Source: Candidatus Latescibacterota bacterium | GTDB lineage: Bacteria > Latescibacterota > UBA2968 > UBA8231 | Direction of reading: 5' to 3' | DNA length: 64,000 nucleotides | NCBI GenBank assembly: GCA_965200315.1 | Contig: OZ241362.1 | Coordinates: 576,001 to 640,000, forward strand | In this document: positions 10,519-19,700 of the stretch, piece after piece | Position numbering within the stretch: position 1 is the stretch's first letter | Layout: each line of letters opens with the position of its first letter | The notes under the pieces: generated by a model | Told to the model about the DNA's origin: nothing | What the model saw: only the letters and a program-made list of their open reading frames with translations | The model's database searches: none | Made by a program: the position numbers and the translations under genes

Positions 10519-10919
10519 GCACACTCGACCAGCGCCGGGCACAACACGCTTGGGACGCCGTAGAGCAAGCGGCCAAACTCAAAGAAGACGACAAGAAAAC
10601 CTTCGCCCGCGAGGCCAAGAAGCTCCCCATCCGCATCAAGACCGCAGGGCTTGGGCAAGCCGTTGCCTTTCTCCGTGCCAAGAAAGACAAGAAAAAGCGA
10701 GAAGATGAAGATCCTCGCATACGCCTACTGAGAGAGCTTGGCAACTGGCTCCTCGACGAGCGTGGCCTAGAGTCGCCTTCGCAGGATGAGGACGCCCTAA
10801 TCCAAGCCATCATCCGCGGCGACGCCGACCTGCTGCGCCGCGCCACCGAAGAGGCCCTGTTGTACTTGCAATGGCTGACGCGCTTTGCCGAAGCAGAAAT
10901 CGGGACCGGAGATGACTAA
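10515..10919 (+). CDS. cmr5: Type III-B Cmr5 (Cas11)
   Basis: TLDQRRAQHAW, LPIRIKTAGLGQAVAF, WLTRFAEA; ATGA overlap with cmr4. Confidence 0.93.
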   Translation: MSTLDQRRAQHAWDAVEQAAKLKEDDKKTFAREAKKLPIRIKTAGLGQAVAFLRAKKDKKKREDEDPRIRLLRELGNWLLDERGLESPSQDEDALIQAIIRGDADLLRRATEEALLYLQWLTRFAEAEIGTGDD

Positions 10920-13215
10920 AATTATGTCAGAGGTTCCGACCCTGCCGAAAACGACCCGCGACCTGCTCGCGGCTGTTGGCGTTAAAAAACGCCACCCCGG
11001 CCTCCAGCTAGACAAGCTATCGGCTGTCGGCAATATGGAAAGCCAGAAGCAGGCGTTGGAGAAAGTCACCGCTACGCACCGCGACAATCAGCTATTGCAA
11101 AAGCTACGCGACCGCCGCTGCGACACCTTAGACCAACTCTTGGCCCAGCGGCTGACGATGACCACGGGCGGTCCGCTGACCCTGCATCTGTCGCGCTCGG
11201 GCGCACTCGAAAACGCCGGTATCGCCCTGCACCCACTCTACGGCTTTGCATACCTGCCGGGCAGCGGCATCAAGGGGCTTACTCGGGCCTATGCCGAGAC
11301 TATATGGGCACCGGCTCAGCCCGACCCGGAAAAGGCGTGGCGGCAAATTGAAGGGGCATTTGGCTGGAGCAGGGGATCGGAACGCCACAAAGGGAATTGG
11401 CGGCCCCAAACAGTCGAGCCTCAAGCAGGAGCCTCGACCGGCCGCATCGTCTTTCACGACGCTTGGCCCCTGTGTTGGCCTAAGCTCATCATCGACATCG
11501 CCAACAATCACCATCCCGCCTACTACGACGGCCAAGACGATCCGGGCGACTGGGAAGACCCGACGCCGATCTACTTTCTCGCTCTCGGCGCGGGCGAGCA
11601 GTTCGACTTCGCCCTGTCAGACCGCAAGCGCGAAAACGACCGTCTGCTCAGCTTGGCCTGCGACTGGCTGAAAAGTGCCCTGACTATCGAGGGAGCCGGA
11701 GCCAAGACCGCCGCCGGCTACGGCCGCTTCAAGCCGAAGGAAGGAAAACGAGCCTCCATCCCGCAAACGCTATGTAGTGCGACCTATGATCTGCGGCTGG
11801 CATCGCCAGCTTTTCTCGCCGGTGCCAATCAGCAGCAAGAAGACTGCGATTTGCGGCCCGCCACCTTGCGCGGCCTATTGCGCTGGTGGTGGCGCACCAT
11901 GCATGCGGCCCACCTCGACCGCGCTACGCTCAAAAAGCTGGAAACCGCCGTTTGGGGCGACGCCGAGAGCGGCAGCCCAGTGCGGATTGCCGTGGAGCGA
12001 GAGGGAGACGAGAAGCCGACGAAGTACGACCACAAGGACGACAAGAAAAAGTTCCTGCCGGAATCCAATTTTAAGCGTCAGCATGACCTTCAAGCCCCTC
12101 CAGACAAGAAGACGACCCAAGGGCTATTCTACGCTTCCTACGGCATGGACGACGCAGGCAAGAAGCGTTGGTACCGACCCGCAGGGACACGGTGGTCCAT
12201 CCGCCTTGACGTCCGGCGCGGTCGCTTGCCAGTCAACACCCCACACATGCAACCGCTAAAAATTGAACCCGCCGACCTACTCGCTCAGGCTGAGGTCGCT
12301 CTCTGGCTGCTGTGCCGTTTTGGCGGCGTCGGCTCAAAAGGACGCAAGGGCTTCGGATCTTTTGCGGACATTGAAGTCGAGGGCATTGCCAACGCACAGG
12401 ATTGCCAAGACCGTGCTAGGGACTTCAGGAGGCATACATGCCAGCTTAGCGATCACCAAGGCAAGACAGGTTCGCCCGCGCTAGAGCAAATGAACACATG
12501 TGAGATTCTGACGCCTTGGAGCGACCCTTGGACGGTACTCGACCAACTTGGCTATGCGGTCCAAGGCTTCGCCCAGCAATATGCACATGACGAGCGCAAA
12601 AAAGCCCTCGGCCTGCCGCGGAAAATCCACGGTCCCCGATCTTTACCAATAGTTCATCAAAAACAAAATCCTCGCAACCACAAGCAGCCTAAGACGTTAT
12701 CCGCCGGCGGAATTAAGCGGCACACCGCGCCCATTCACTATCACTTAGCGACAACAGACGAGGGCAAGCTACTCGTCCGCGCAACCGCTTTCCCAGCGCA
12801 TCGGCTACCCAATTATCGGAAAAGCAAAGAGATGCTGGACAAACTGGTGGCCTTTCTCAAAGAGGATCTGAAGAAACGCGTAGAACAGAATCCCAACATC
12901 GGCCAAAACCAAGGTGGGAACAGCCCGGCGAAACCGGCGAAACCCCTCCCCCAAGCCCGCGACCGCGTTCAAGCCGAACTCTTAGACGAAAAGACGAAGA
13001 AAGGCCGTTGGAAAGCCAAGCTCTTAGATGGGGAACTACAAGGCCCGATACAAGACCACGAAAACGTGCCGGACGACGCTAAGCCGGGGCAGCGTGTCGA
13101 ACTGACGGTGGTCTCTGTTAGCGAGAGAGAGGTGCAGTTCAGATGGAAACCGCTTCCAACGCCCAAGAAAACATCCGGCCAGAACAATGAACAACGGCGA
13201 GGACGCCGACGATAG
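10912..13215 (+). CDS. cmr6: Cmr6-Cmr1 fusion with C-terminal S1/OB-like domain
   Basis: Cmr6 motifs (LHPLYGFAYLPGSGIKG, GAGAKTAAGYG), then Cmr1 motifs (LRGLLRWWWR, GGVGSKGRKGFGS, LGLPR), then a beta-rich basic tail. Confidence 0.9.
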   Translation: MTKIMSEVPTLPKTTRDLLAAVGVKKRHPGLQLDKLSAVGNMESQKQALEKVTATHRDNQLLQKLRDRRCDTLDQLLAQRLTMTTGGPLTLHLSRSGALENAGIALHPLYGFAYLPGSGIKGLTRAYAETIWAPAQPDPEKAWRQIEGAFGWSRGSERHKGNWRPQTVEPQAGASTGRIVFHDAWPLCWPKLIIDIANNHHPAYYDGQDDPGDWEDPTPIYFLALGAGEQFDFALSDRKRENDRLLSLACDWLKSALTIEGAGAKTAAGYGRFKPKEGKRASIPQTLCSATYDLRLASPAFLAGANQQQEDCDLRPATLRGLLRWWWRTMHAAHLDRATLKKLETAVWGDAESGSPVRIAVEREGDEKPTKYDHKDDKKKFLPESNFKRQHDLQAPPDKKTTQGLFYASYGMDDAGKKRWYRPAGTRWSIRLDVRRGRLPVNTPHMQPLKIEPADLLAQAEVALWLLCRFGGVGSKGRKGFGSFADIEVEGIANAQDCQDRARDFRRHTCQLSDHQGKTGSPALEQMNTCEILTPWSDPWTVLDQLGYAVQGFAQQYAHDERKKALGLPRKIHGPRSLPIVHQKQNPRNHKQPKTLSAGGIKRHTAPIHYHLATTDEGKLLVRATAFPAHRLPNYRKSKEMLDKLVAFLKEDLKKRVEQNPNIGQNQGGNSPAKPAKPLPQARDRVQAELLDEKTKKGRWKAKLLDGELQGPIQDHENVPDDAKPGQRVELTVVSVSEREVQFRWKPLPTPKKTSGQNNEQRRGRRR

Positions 13216-13233
13216 AACGCGTCCCGTTGAACA

Positions 13234-13255
13234 GCGGGCGAGACGCCCGCCCTCC
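13234..13255. repeat. REP-like palindrome GCGGGCGAGACGCCCGC
   Basis: Related copies at 25484, 28172, 37164, 58230, all intergenic. Confidence 0.7.
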
Positions 13256-13340
13256 TAAGTCGCAAAAAAGCATTGAGTCGGACCGCTAACCCTAGTCATA
13301 TTGAAAATCCACTTCAACACCGCAACCCCTTAGAAACGCA

Positions 13341-14045
13341 ATGGAAGTTTTGAACTCATTGGCCGCCAAACCAACGCGGCCCCTATTGGAAAACGGCGAC
13401 CGGCTCACGCGAGCGGAATTTGAGCAACGCTACGAGGCCATGCCCGAAGTAAAAAAGGCCGAACTCATCAATGGAGTAGTATATATGGGCTCCCCCGTTC
13501 GCTTTCGTGCCCACGGCCACCCACACGTATTGCTGCTCACTTGGCTAGGGACATATAGCGCATTCACCCCAGGGGTTCTTTGTGCGGACAACGCCACGGT
13601 GCGGCTCGGGGCCGATAGCGAGCTTCAGCCGGATGCCTTGCTGCGCCTAGAGTTAGAGGTGGGGGGAAAGTCGCGGATTAGCACCGACGATTACGTAGAA
13701 GGCCCTCCAGAGTTAGTTGCCGAAATCGCAGCTAGCAGCACCTCGTACGATATGCACGATAAAATGGACGTGTATCGCCGCAGCGGTGTGCCGGAATACC
13801 TAGTCTGGCGCGTGTACGACGAGCAACTCGACTGGTTTGCCTTGCACGACGGTGCGTATATCCGCCTACTGCCCGATACGGCGGGCGCGATTTCGAGCGA
13901 CATATTTCCGGGGTTGCGATTGTTCCCATCGGCCTTGTTGGCCCATAATGCGGCGCAAGTCGTGGCCGAATTGCAAAAAGGCCTGGCGACGACCGCGCAC
14001 ACCGCGTTTATTGATCGCTTAGGAAGCGAAAAACCCAATGCCTAG
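13341..14045 (+). CDS. Uma2 family (DUF820) PD-(D/E)XK endonuclease
   Basis: AELINGVVYM, QPDALL, GPPELVAEIA, GVPEYLVW, FPGL. Confidence 0.9.
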   Translation: MEVLNSLAAKPTRPLLENGDRLTRAEFEQRYEAMPEVKKAELINGVVYMGSPVRFRAHGHPHVLLLTWLGTYSAFTPGVLCADNATVRLGADSELQPDALLRLELEVGGKSRISTDDYVEGPPELVAEIAASSTSYDMHDKMDVYRRSGVPEYLVWRVYDEQLDWFALHDGAYIRLLPDTAGAISSDIFPGLRLFPSALLAHNAAQVVAELQKGLATTAHTAFIDRLGSEKPNA

Positions 14046-14103
14046 ACACACTCTTATATGCACCATTGGCACCCACAACGCGCGCAAGCGCAAGGAGAGC
14101 ACC

Positions 14104-15222
14104 ATGACGACAATGCCTAGACACACCCTCATCTGCACCATTGGCACCAGCTTGTTCTACCCCAACCTGTCCAAGCTCGCGCAAACGAATCCAACGAATC
14201 CGCTAGGCAAGGCGTATGCGGGGCAAAAATGGAAGAACGTAGCCAGCCAACTGCATCTGCTTGAACCTACTGATCGGCAGTGTGGAGCCGAGATCAACTC
14301 GGTAGCCGATCTCCTACGCCGCGAATACATCGACAAGGTTCACTTACATCTGCTGTATTCCGATACGTCGGATGGAGAGCACATTGCCGCTGTCTTGGAC
14401 GCGTACTTTGCGGACGATGGCTGGCAGGTGCAAACCCATAGAGTATGCGATTTAAGCGACCAAGATCCGAGGGCGTTTCGCACCCGCGGCTTGCGCAACC
14501 TAGCCAAAATTCTCGGCCAATTGGTGCGCGACGCCGGGCCAGACTACTGCGCCATCAACGCTACCGGCGGCTACAAGGCGCAGATCGCCATTGCCGTGCT
14601 CATGGGTCAAGCCCTCGGCATTCCGGTGTACTACAAGCACGAGCGTTTTGATGAAATTATTCCCTTTCCGCCCATGCCAGTGGCCCTCGATTTTTCGCTC
14701 TGGCTCCGGGCCAGCGGCATGTTTACAGCACTCAGCCAGCCCAACGCCTGCGTGCCGGAGGCGCAGTTCAGCGAGGACTGGGATGAGCGCTTTGAGCCGC
14801 TGGTCGAACGGGTATCTATCGACGGCGTAAACTACCTCGAACTCTCGGCGACCGGCCAGATTTTTCACGACACCTTCCGTTCGCGTTTTCAGCAGCAGCA
14901 AGCCGGCAGCCTGCCGCCCGAGTCAAGCAAAAAGGAGGACCCTGAGCTGGGAGCGCACAGCTACAAAAACGCACACGAAACCATTTCGCGCTTTTTGCAA
15001 AAAATCACCGATGAGCGGCCTTACGTCCGTTCCTGTCACTCAACGTACTGGAACCCGGACCTACCTGAAGCGAATCGATTTCGCCTGTCCGGCGGACAAG
15101 TCCAAGGCATCTACTCGAACAGAACTTGGTGCGTGAAGTTCACAGTGCTTACAACCGCCAGCGAGCAGGACGACTTAGGCGTTGTCGTGGCCGATCTCAA
15201 CGAGTGGCTTAGTGATCAATAG
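14104..15222 (+). CDS. CARF-domain type III ancillary protein (APE2256-like) with uncharacterised C-terminal domain
   Basis: LICTIGTSL, GAEINS, INATGGYKA, YYKHERF; SD AAGGAG before ATG 14104. Confidence 0.88.
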   Translation: MTTMPRHTLICTIGTSLFYPNLSKLAQTNPTNPLGKAYAGQKWKNVASQLHLLEPTDRQCGAEINSVADLLRREYIDKVHLHLLYSDTSDGEHIAAVLDAYFADDGWQVQTHRVCDLSDQDPRAFRTRGLRNLAKILGQLVRDAGPDYCAINATGGYKAQIAIAVLMGQALGIPVYYKHERFDEIIPFPPMPVALDFSLWLRASGMFTALSQPNACVPEAQFSEDWDERFEPLVERVSIDGVNYLELSATGQIFHDTFRSRFQQQQAGSLPPESSKKEDPELGAHSYKNAHETISRFLQKITDERPYVRSCHSTYWNPDLPEANRFRLSGGQVQGIYSNRTWCVKFTVLTTASEQDDLGVVVADLNEWLSDQ

Positions 15223-15239
15223 AGGCGACGCGCAACCGC

Positions 15240-16289
15240 ATGGCGACTTCATTGCTCACTCTCTACGTCACCGAACCGTCCGCTGTAGTTCGCCGCTCGG
15301 CTGGCTCCCTCATCGTCACCCTCGACGAAGACCCAGACGGCGGCGGCCCCTTGCCCGAGCGTCGCCATCGCCTCCTTGAGGTGGAGCCGCATCGCTTGGA
15401 GCTGATTGCGCTGGTTGGCCGCGCCCATATCACTTTAGACGCAACGCGGCTTTGCTTGGAGCAAGGCATTGCGGTCGCTTGGTTTCGCCGCAACGGCGAC
15501 TTTATCGGCCGCCTCGTGCCCGAGCTATCGCGCACAGCCGATCTGCGCTTGGCCCAGTTTCGCCTCGCCGACGACGAGCAGCGAGCACTGCCGCTAGCCC
15601 AAACCTTTGTCGCTGCTAAGCTCCACAATGCGGCCTCTGTGCTCGCGGCCCTGCGCTCCAACCGCCGTAACGAGCCGACCCTCGGACGCTCCATAAGTGA
15701 ACTCAAGGCCCTCGCCGCAACGGTTGACCAAGCATCCACCCGGGAAACTCTACTCGGGTTTGAGGGCGATGCGGCCCGCCGCTACTTTGCCGGCCTCAAA
15801 ATCGGCTTCACCAGCGACATCCGCTTTACTAGGCGCGCCCGCCGGCCGCCGCCGGACCCGGCCAATGCTCTGCTCTCGTTTGGCTACGTGCTGTTGGCCA
15901 ATGCCTTGGCCAGCCTACTGGAGGCCCGCGGCTTTGACCCGTATTTAGGCTTTATGCACACGGTGCGTTCCGGTCGGCCCAGTTTGGCTCTCGACCTGCT
16001 CGAAGAATTGCGGCATCCGGTGGTCGATCGCTTTGTCTTGCGGGCCTGCAATTTGCGCCAGTTGCGGCCCGCCCACTTTGAGACCGATCCAAAGCGGGGT
16101 GGTGTACGTCTTACACCCGCTGGGTTGCGCGTTTTCTTTCGCATTTGGGAAGCATTTATGGACGCGCCCCTACCCGGGACTGGAGACACTATTTCGCCGG
16201 AAGATTTGCTCCGCCGTCAAGCCGACCGCTTAGCCGATCACGTGAGGGGACGCCAGCCATACCAGCCCTTGCTTCTGCGCCACGTATAA
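15240..16289 (+). CDS. cas1: Cas1 (no RT or Cas4 fusion)
   Basis: GFEGDAARRYF, PPPDPANALLSFGY, GFMH, LALDLLEELR. Confidence 0.97.
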   Translation: MATSLLTLYVTEPSAVVRRSAGSLIVTLDEDPDGGGPLPERRHRLLEVEPHRLELIALVGRAHITLDATRLCLEQGIAVAWFRRNGDFIGRLVPELSRTADLRLAQFRLADDEQRALPLAQTFVAAKLHNAASVLAALRSNRRNEPTLGRSISELKALAATVDQASTRETLLGFEGDAARRYFAGLKIGFTSDIRFTRRARRPPPDPANALLSFGYVLLANALASLLEARGFDPYLGFMHTVRSGRPSLALDLLEELRHPVVDRFVLRACNLRQLRPAHFETDPKRGGVRLTPAGLRVFFRIWEAFMDAPLPGTGDTISPEDLLRRQADRLADHVRGRQPYQPLLLRHV

Positions 16290-16300
16290 GGAGCGTTGCC

Positions 16301-16588
16301 ATGTCTCATTATGTCGTCTGCTACGATGTGGTCGATAACCGCCGCCGCTACAAGGTGGCTGCTTGTCTGGATGCCTATGGCGACCGCGTACAGGACAGCG
16401 TGTTTGAACTGCCCGTGGATCGCACACTCTTGGATAAATGCCTCGTCGCGCTTGCAGATTTGATCGACCCAGACAAAGACAACATCGCTGTCTATCGCCT
16501 ATGCACCACTTGCGCGAGCGAGCGTTTCTATTTGGGAACGGGCGCAAGGGCTGGGCGCATCGGCGAGGAGCAGGTCTTTATTGCATAA
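16301..16588 (+). CDS. cas2: Cas2
   Basis: YVVCYDV...RVQDSVFE; SD AAGGAG. Confidence 0.96.
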   Translation: MSHYVVCYDVVDNRRRYKVAACLDAYGDRVQDSVFELPVDRTLLDKCLVALADLIDPDKDNIAVYRLCTTCASERFYLGTGARAGRIGEEQVFIA

Positions 16589-16784
16589 AGGACATTCGTA
16601 ACCTTCATTCCTCCTCCAAACGAAAGGGGATTACGAATTTGACTAAGCCTTTGAATTTCTTATCTTTACATGCCACGCACTCACACGGATGCCGCTGCGG
16701 TAGGCAGAGCTTATACGCTCCGCCATTGGGTTACGAAATTCGTCCAGCTAACTGCTTGTTAGACAAGCAAATAGCCGAGATGGA
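16589..16784 (+). promoter_or_regulatory. CRISPR leader
   Basis: Less GC-rich non-coding segment between cas2 and the first repeat; degenerate repeat lies at the opposite end. Confidence 0.75.
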
Positions 16785-19700
16785 GTGTGAAATGTTGCCC
16801 CGATTTCTAGGGGATTGAAACTTACGCCGACCTGGACCCGGCCGGTGGCCCGGGCCCGGCGTGTGAAATGTTGCCCCGATTTCTAGGGGATTGAAACGCT
16901 GGGTGCGGGGATACTGAAAAGTCGTCATTACGATCTCGTGTGAAATGTTGCCCCGATTTCTAGGGGATTGAAACTGCGGGGTGGGTGGAGCGGGGGGGGG
17001 GGGGTTAGGCGCGTGTGAAATGTTGCCCCGATTTCTAGGGGATTGAAACGCCGAAGCCAACGGTCACGCCAGGACAGCACTGCCCCCTCGTGTGAAATGT
17101 TGCCCCGATTTCTAGGGGATTGAAACTCCGACATGCCCGCCTGCCTGAGGGCGAGGCGGACGAAGTGTGAAATGTTGCCCCGATTTCTAGGGGATTGAAA
17201 CGATAACAACTATCCTCCGCCCGGAGGCGGGGGTTTGCCTGTGTGAAATGTTGCCCCGATTTCTAGGGGATTGAAACCTGCCGCACCGTGGTGGCGGGGG
17301 GAAGGTTGAGAATGGGGGTGTGAAATGTTGCCCCGATTTCTAGGGGATTGAAACCCGATGACCGCCATCGCTTCGAGGAATTCACGGAAGCGGGGTGTGA
17401 AATGTTGCCCCGATTTCTAGGGGATTGAAACTTGATGGCCGCAGGGGTCTTCGGCTCGAACCGGGGCGCGTGTGAAATGTTGCCCCGATTTCTAGGGGAT
17501 TGAAACACTGCTTCGATGGTGCTCATGATGATTCCTTTCTGAAAGGGTGTGAAATGTTGCCCCGATTTCTAGGGGATTGAAACCCGCCCGGTAGGCCGGC
17601 CCGCCCGTGGCGAGCAAGATAAAGTGTGAAATGTTGCCCCGATTTCTAGGGGATTGAAACTATAGGGCTTTTGGAGTTTACAAAAAAGTTAGGCACGGGT
17701 GTGAAATGTTGCCCCGATTTCTAGGGGATTGAAACCTTTGGTGGCCGCTGGCGCGCGCGCCTCGAACCGGGGCGCCGGCGTGTGAAATGTTGCCCCGATT
17801 TCTAGGGGATTGAAACTCCTTCTTGGAGGACACCGCGCCGATCGCCATCCCTATTGTGTGAAATGTTGCCCCGATTTCTAGGGGATTGAAACTGTGCTGC
17901 GGGGGTGGCTTGAGTCGTCATTGTAACAAGTGTGAAATGTTGCCCCGATTTCTAGGGGATTGAAACCGGGGGCGGTTTTCTGAGTGGTCGTCATAACAAT
18001 CTCCGTGTGAAATGTTGCCCCGATTTCTAGGGGATTGAAACCCTCCACCTGGTGGTAGGCGTGGCCGTAGCCATCGCCGTGTGAAATGTTGCCCCGATTT
18101 CTAGGGGATTGAAACCTTCTGCCTGGTAATGCAGGAAGGCCAACGTATGGCGGGTGTGAAATGTTGCCCCGATTTCTAGGGGATTGAAACTGCCATTGAT
18201 TGTGAGGGTGGCGGGGCCCTCGAGGGGTACGTTGTGTGAAATGTTGCCCCGATTTCTAGGGGATTGAAACAGGAGCTGCCGACAGCGGCTCACGACGAGA
18301 CCCGCTGCACGTGTGAAATGTTGCCCCGATTTCTAGGGGATTGAAACACAATCCCCTCTCCGCGAGGGGTTTCGGCGCGCGCCCCGACGATGGGGGCCGC
18401 GCCGACTTCCGTGTGTGAAATGTTGCCCCGATTTCTAGGGGATTGAAACCGCGACATAGCGGATGAGCTCCGCCTCTTTGGCAGGCTCGTGTGAAATGTT
18501 GCCCCGATTTCTAGGGGATTGAAACTGACCACCACCGCCTCAAGGAGTTCACGGCAGCGGGTCATGTGTGAAATGTTGCCCCGATTTCTAGGGGATTGAA
18601 ACAAGAAATACCAACCCGCGACTAACTCGCGCGGAACATCTTGTGTGAAATGTTGCCCCGATTTCTAGGGGATTGAAACGCGATAATAAAGCAATGCGTT
18701 TCATTTCAATCTCCTAATGGTGTGAAATGTTGCCCCGATTTCTAGGGGATTGAAACCTTCTTGGAGGTGGCCGTGGTGGTCATGCTATTCTCCTTCCCCG
18801 TGTGAAATGTTGCCCCGATTTCTAGGGGATTGAAACTCTCCTTGCCCCTGTGGGGCTATGAGAGTTAGTACAAAAAAGGTGTGAAATGTTGCCCCGATTT
18901 CTAGGGGATTGAAACCTTCTTGGAGGTGGCCGTGGTGGTCATGCTATTCTCCTTCCCCGTGTGAAATGTTGCCCCGATTTCTAGGGGATTGAAACTCTCC
19001 TTGCCCCTGTGGGGCTATGAGAGTTAGTACAAAAAAGGTGTGAAATGTTGCCCCGATTTCTAGGGGATTGAAACGCAGCTTCTCGAAGACCTCCCGCGAT
19101 GCTCTGCGGCGATGGTGTGAAATGTTGCCCCGATTTCTAGGGGATTGAAACATTGGGCAGTACGAAAGTTGTCATACGATTCTCCTTGCCCGTGTGAAAT
19201 GTTGCCCCGATTTCTAGGGGATTGAAACGGACGAGGGACGTGCGGGCGGTTAGGAGTTTCATTTTCAATGTGTGAAATGTTGCCCCGATTTCTAGGGGAT
19301 TGAAACACAGACGACGGCGACCAAGTGAATCGGCAGGGTGCCGATCAGTGTGAAATGTTGCCCCGATTTCTAGGGGATTGAAACTGCAATCTCCTCTAGT
19401 GCGGCCGTTATGGCCTCCGAGAGAGTGTGAAATGTTGCCCCGATTTCTAGGGGATTGAAACGCGATAATAAAGCAATGCGTTTCATTTCAATCTCCTAAT
19501 GGTGTGAAATGTTGCCCCGATTTCTAGGGGATTGAAACCTTCTTGGAGGTGGCCGTGGTGGTCATGCTATTCTCCTTCCCCGTGTGAAATGTTGCCCCGA
19601 TTTCTAGGGGATTGAAACTCTCCTTGCCCCTGTGGGGCTATGAGAGTTAGTACAAAAAAGGTGTGAAATGTTGCCCCGATTTCTAGGGGATTGAAACGCA

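Noticed and set aside
15240-16289. RNA-derived spacer acquisition via RT-Cas1
   Set aside because: Cas1 is 349 aa with no RT domain and no RT gene is in the window; one elsewhere in the genome cannot be excluded
16975-17012. G-run spacer (also near 21307) as a G-quadruplex element
   Set aside because: Explained by C-rich targets; homopolymer length unreliable
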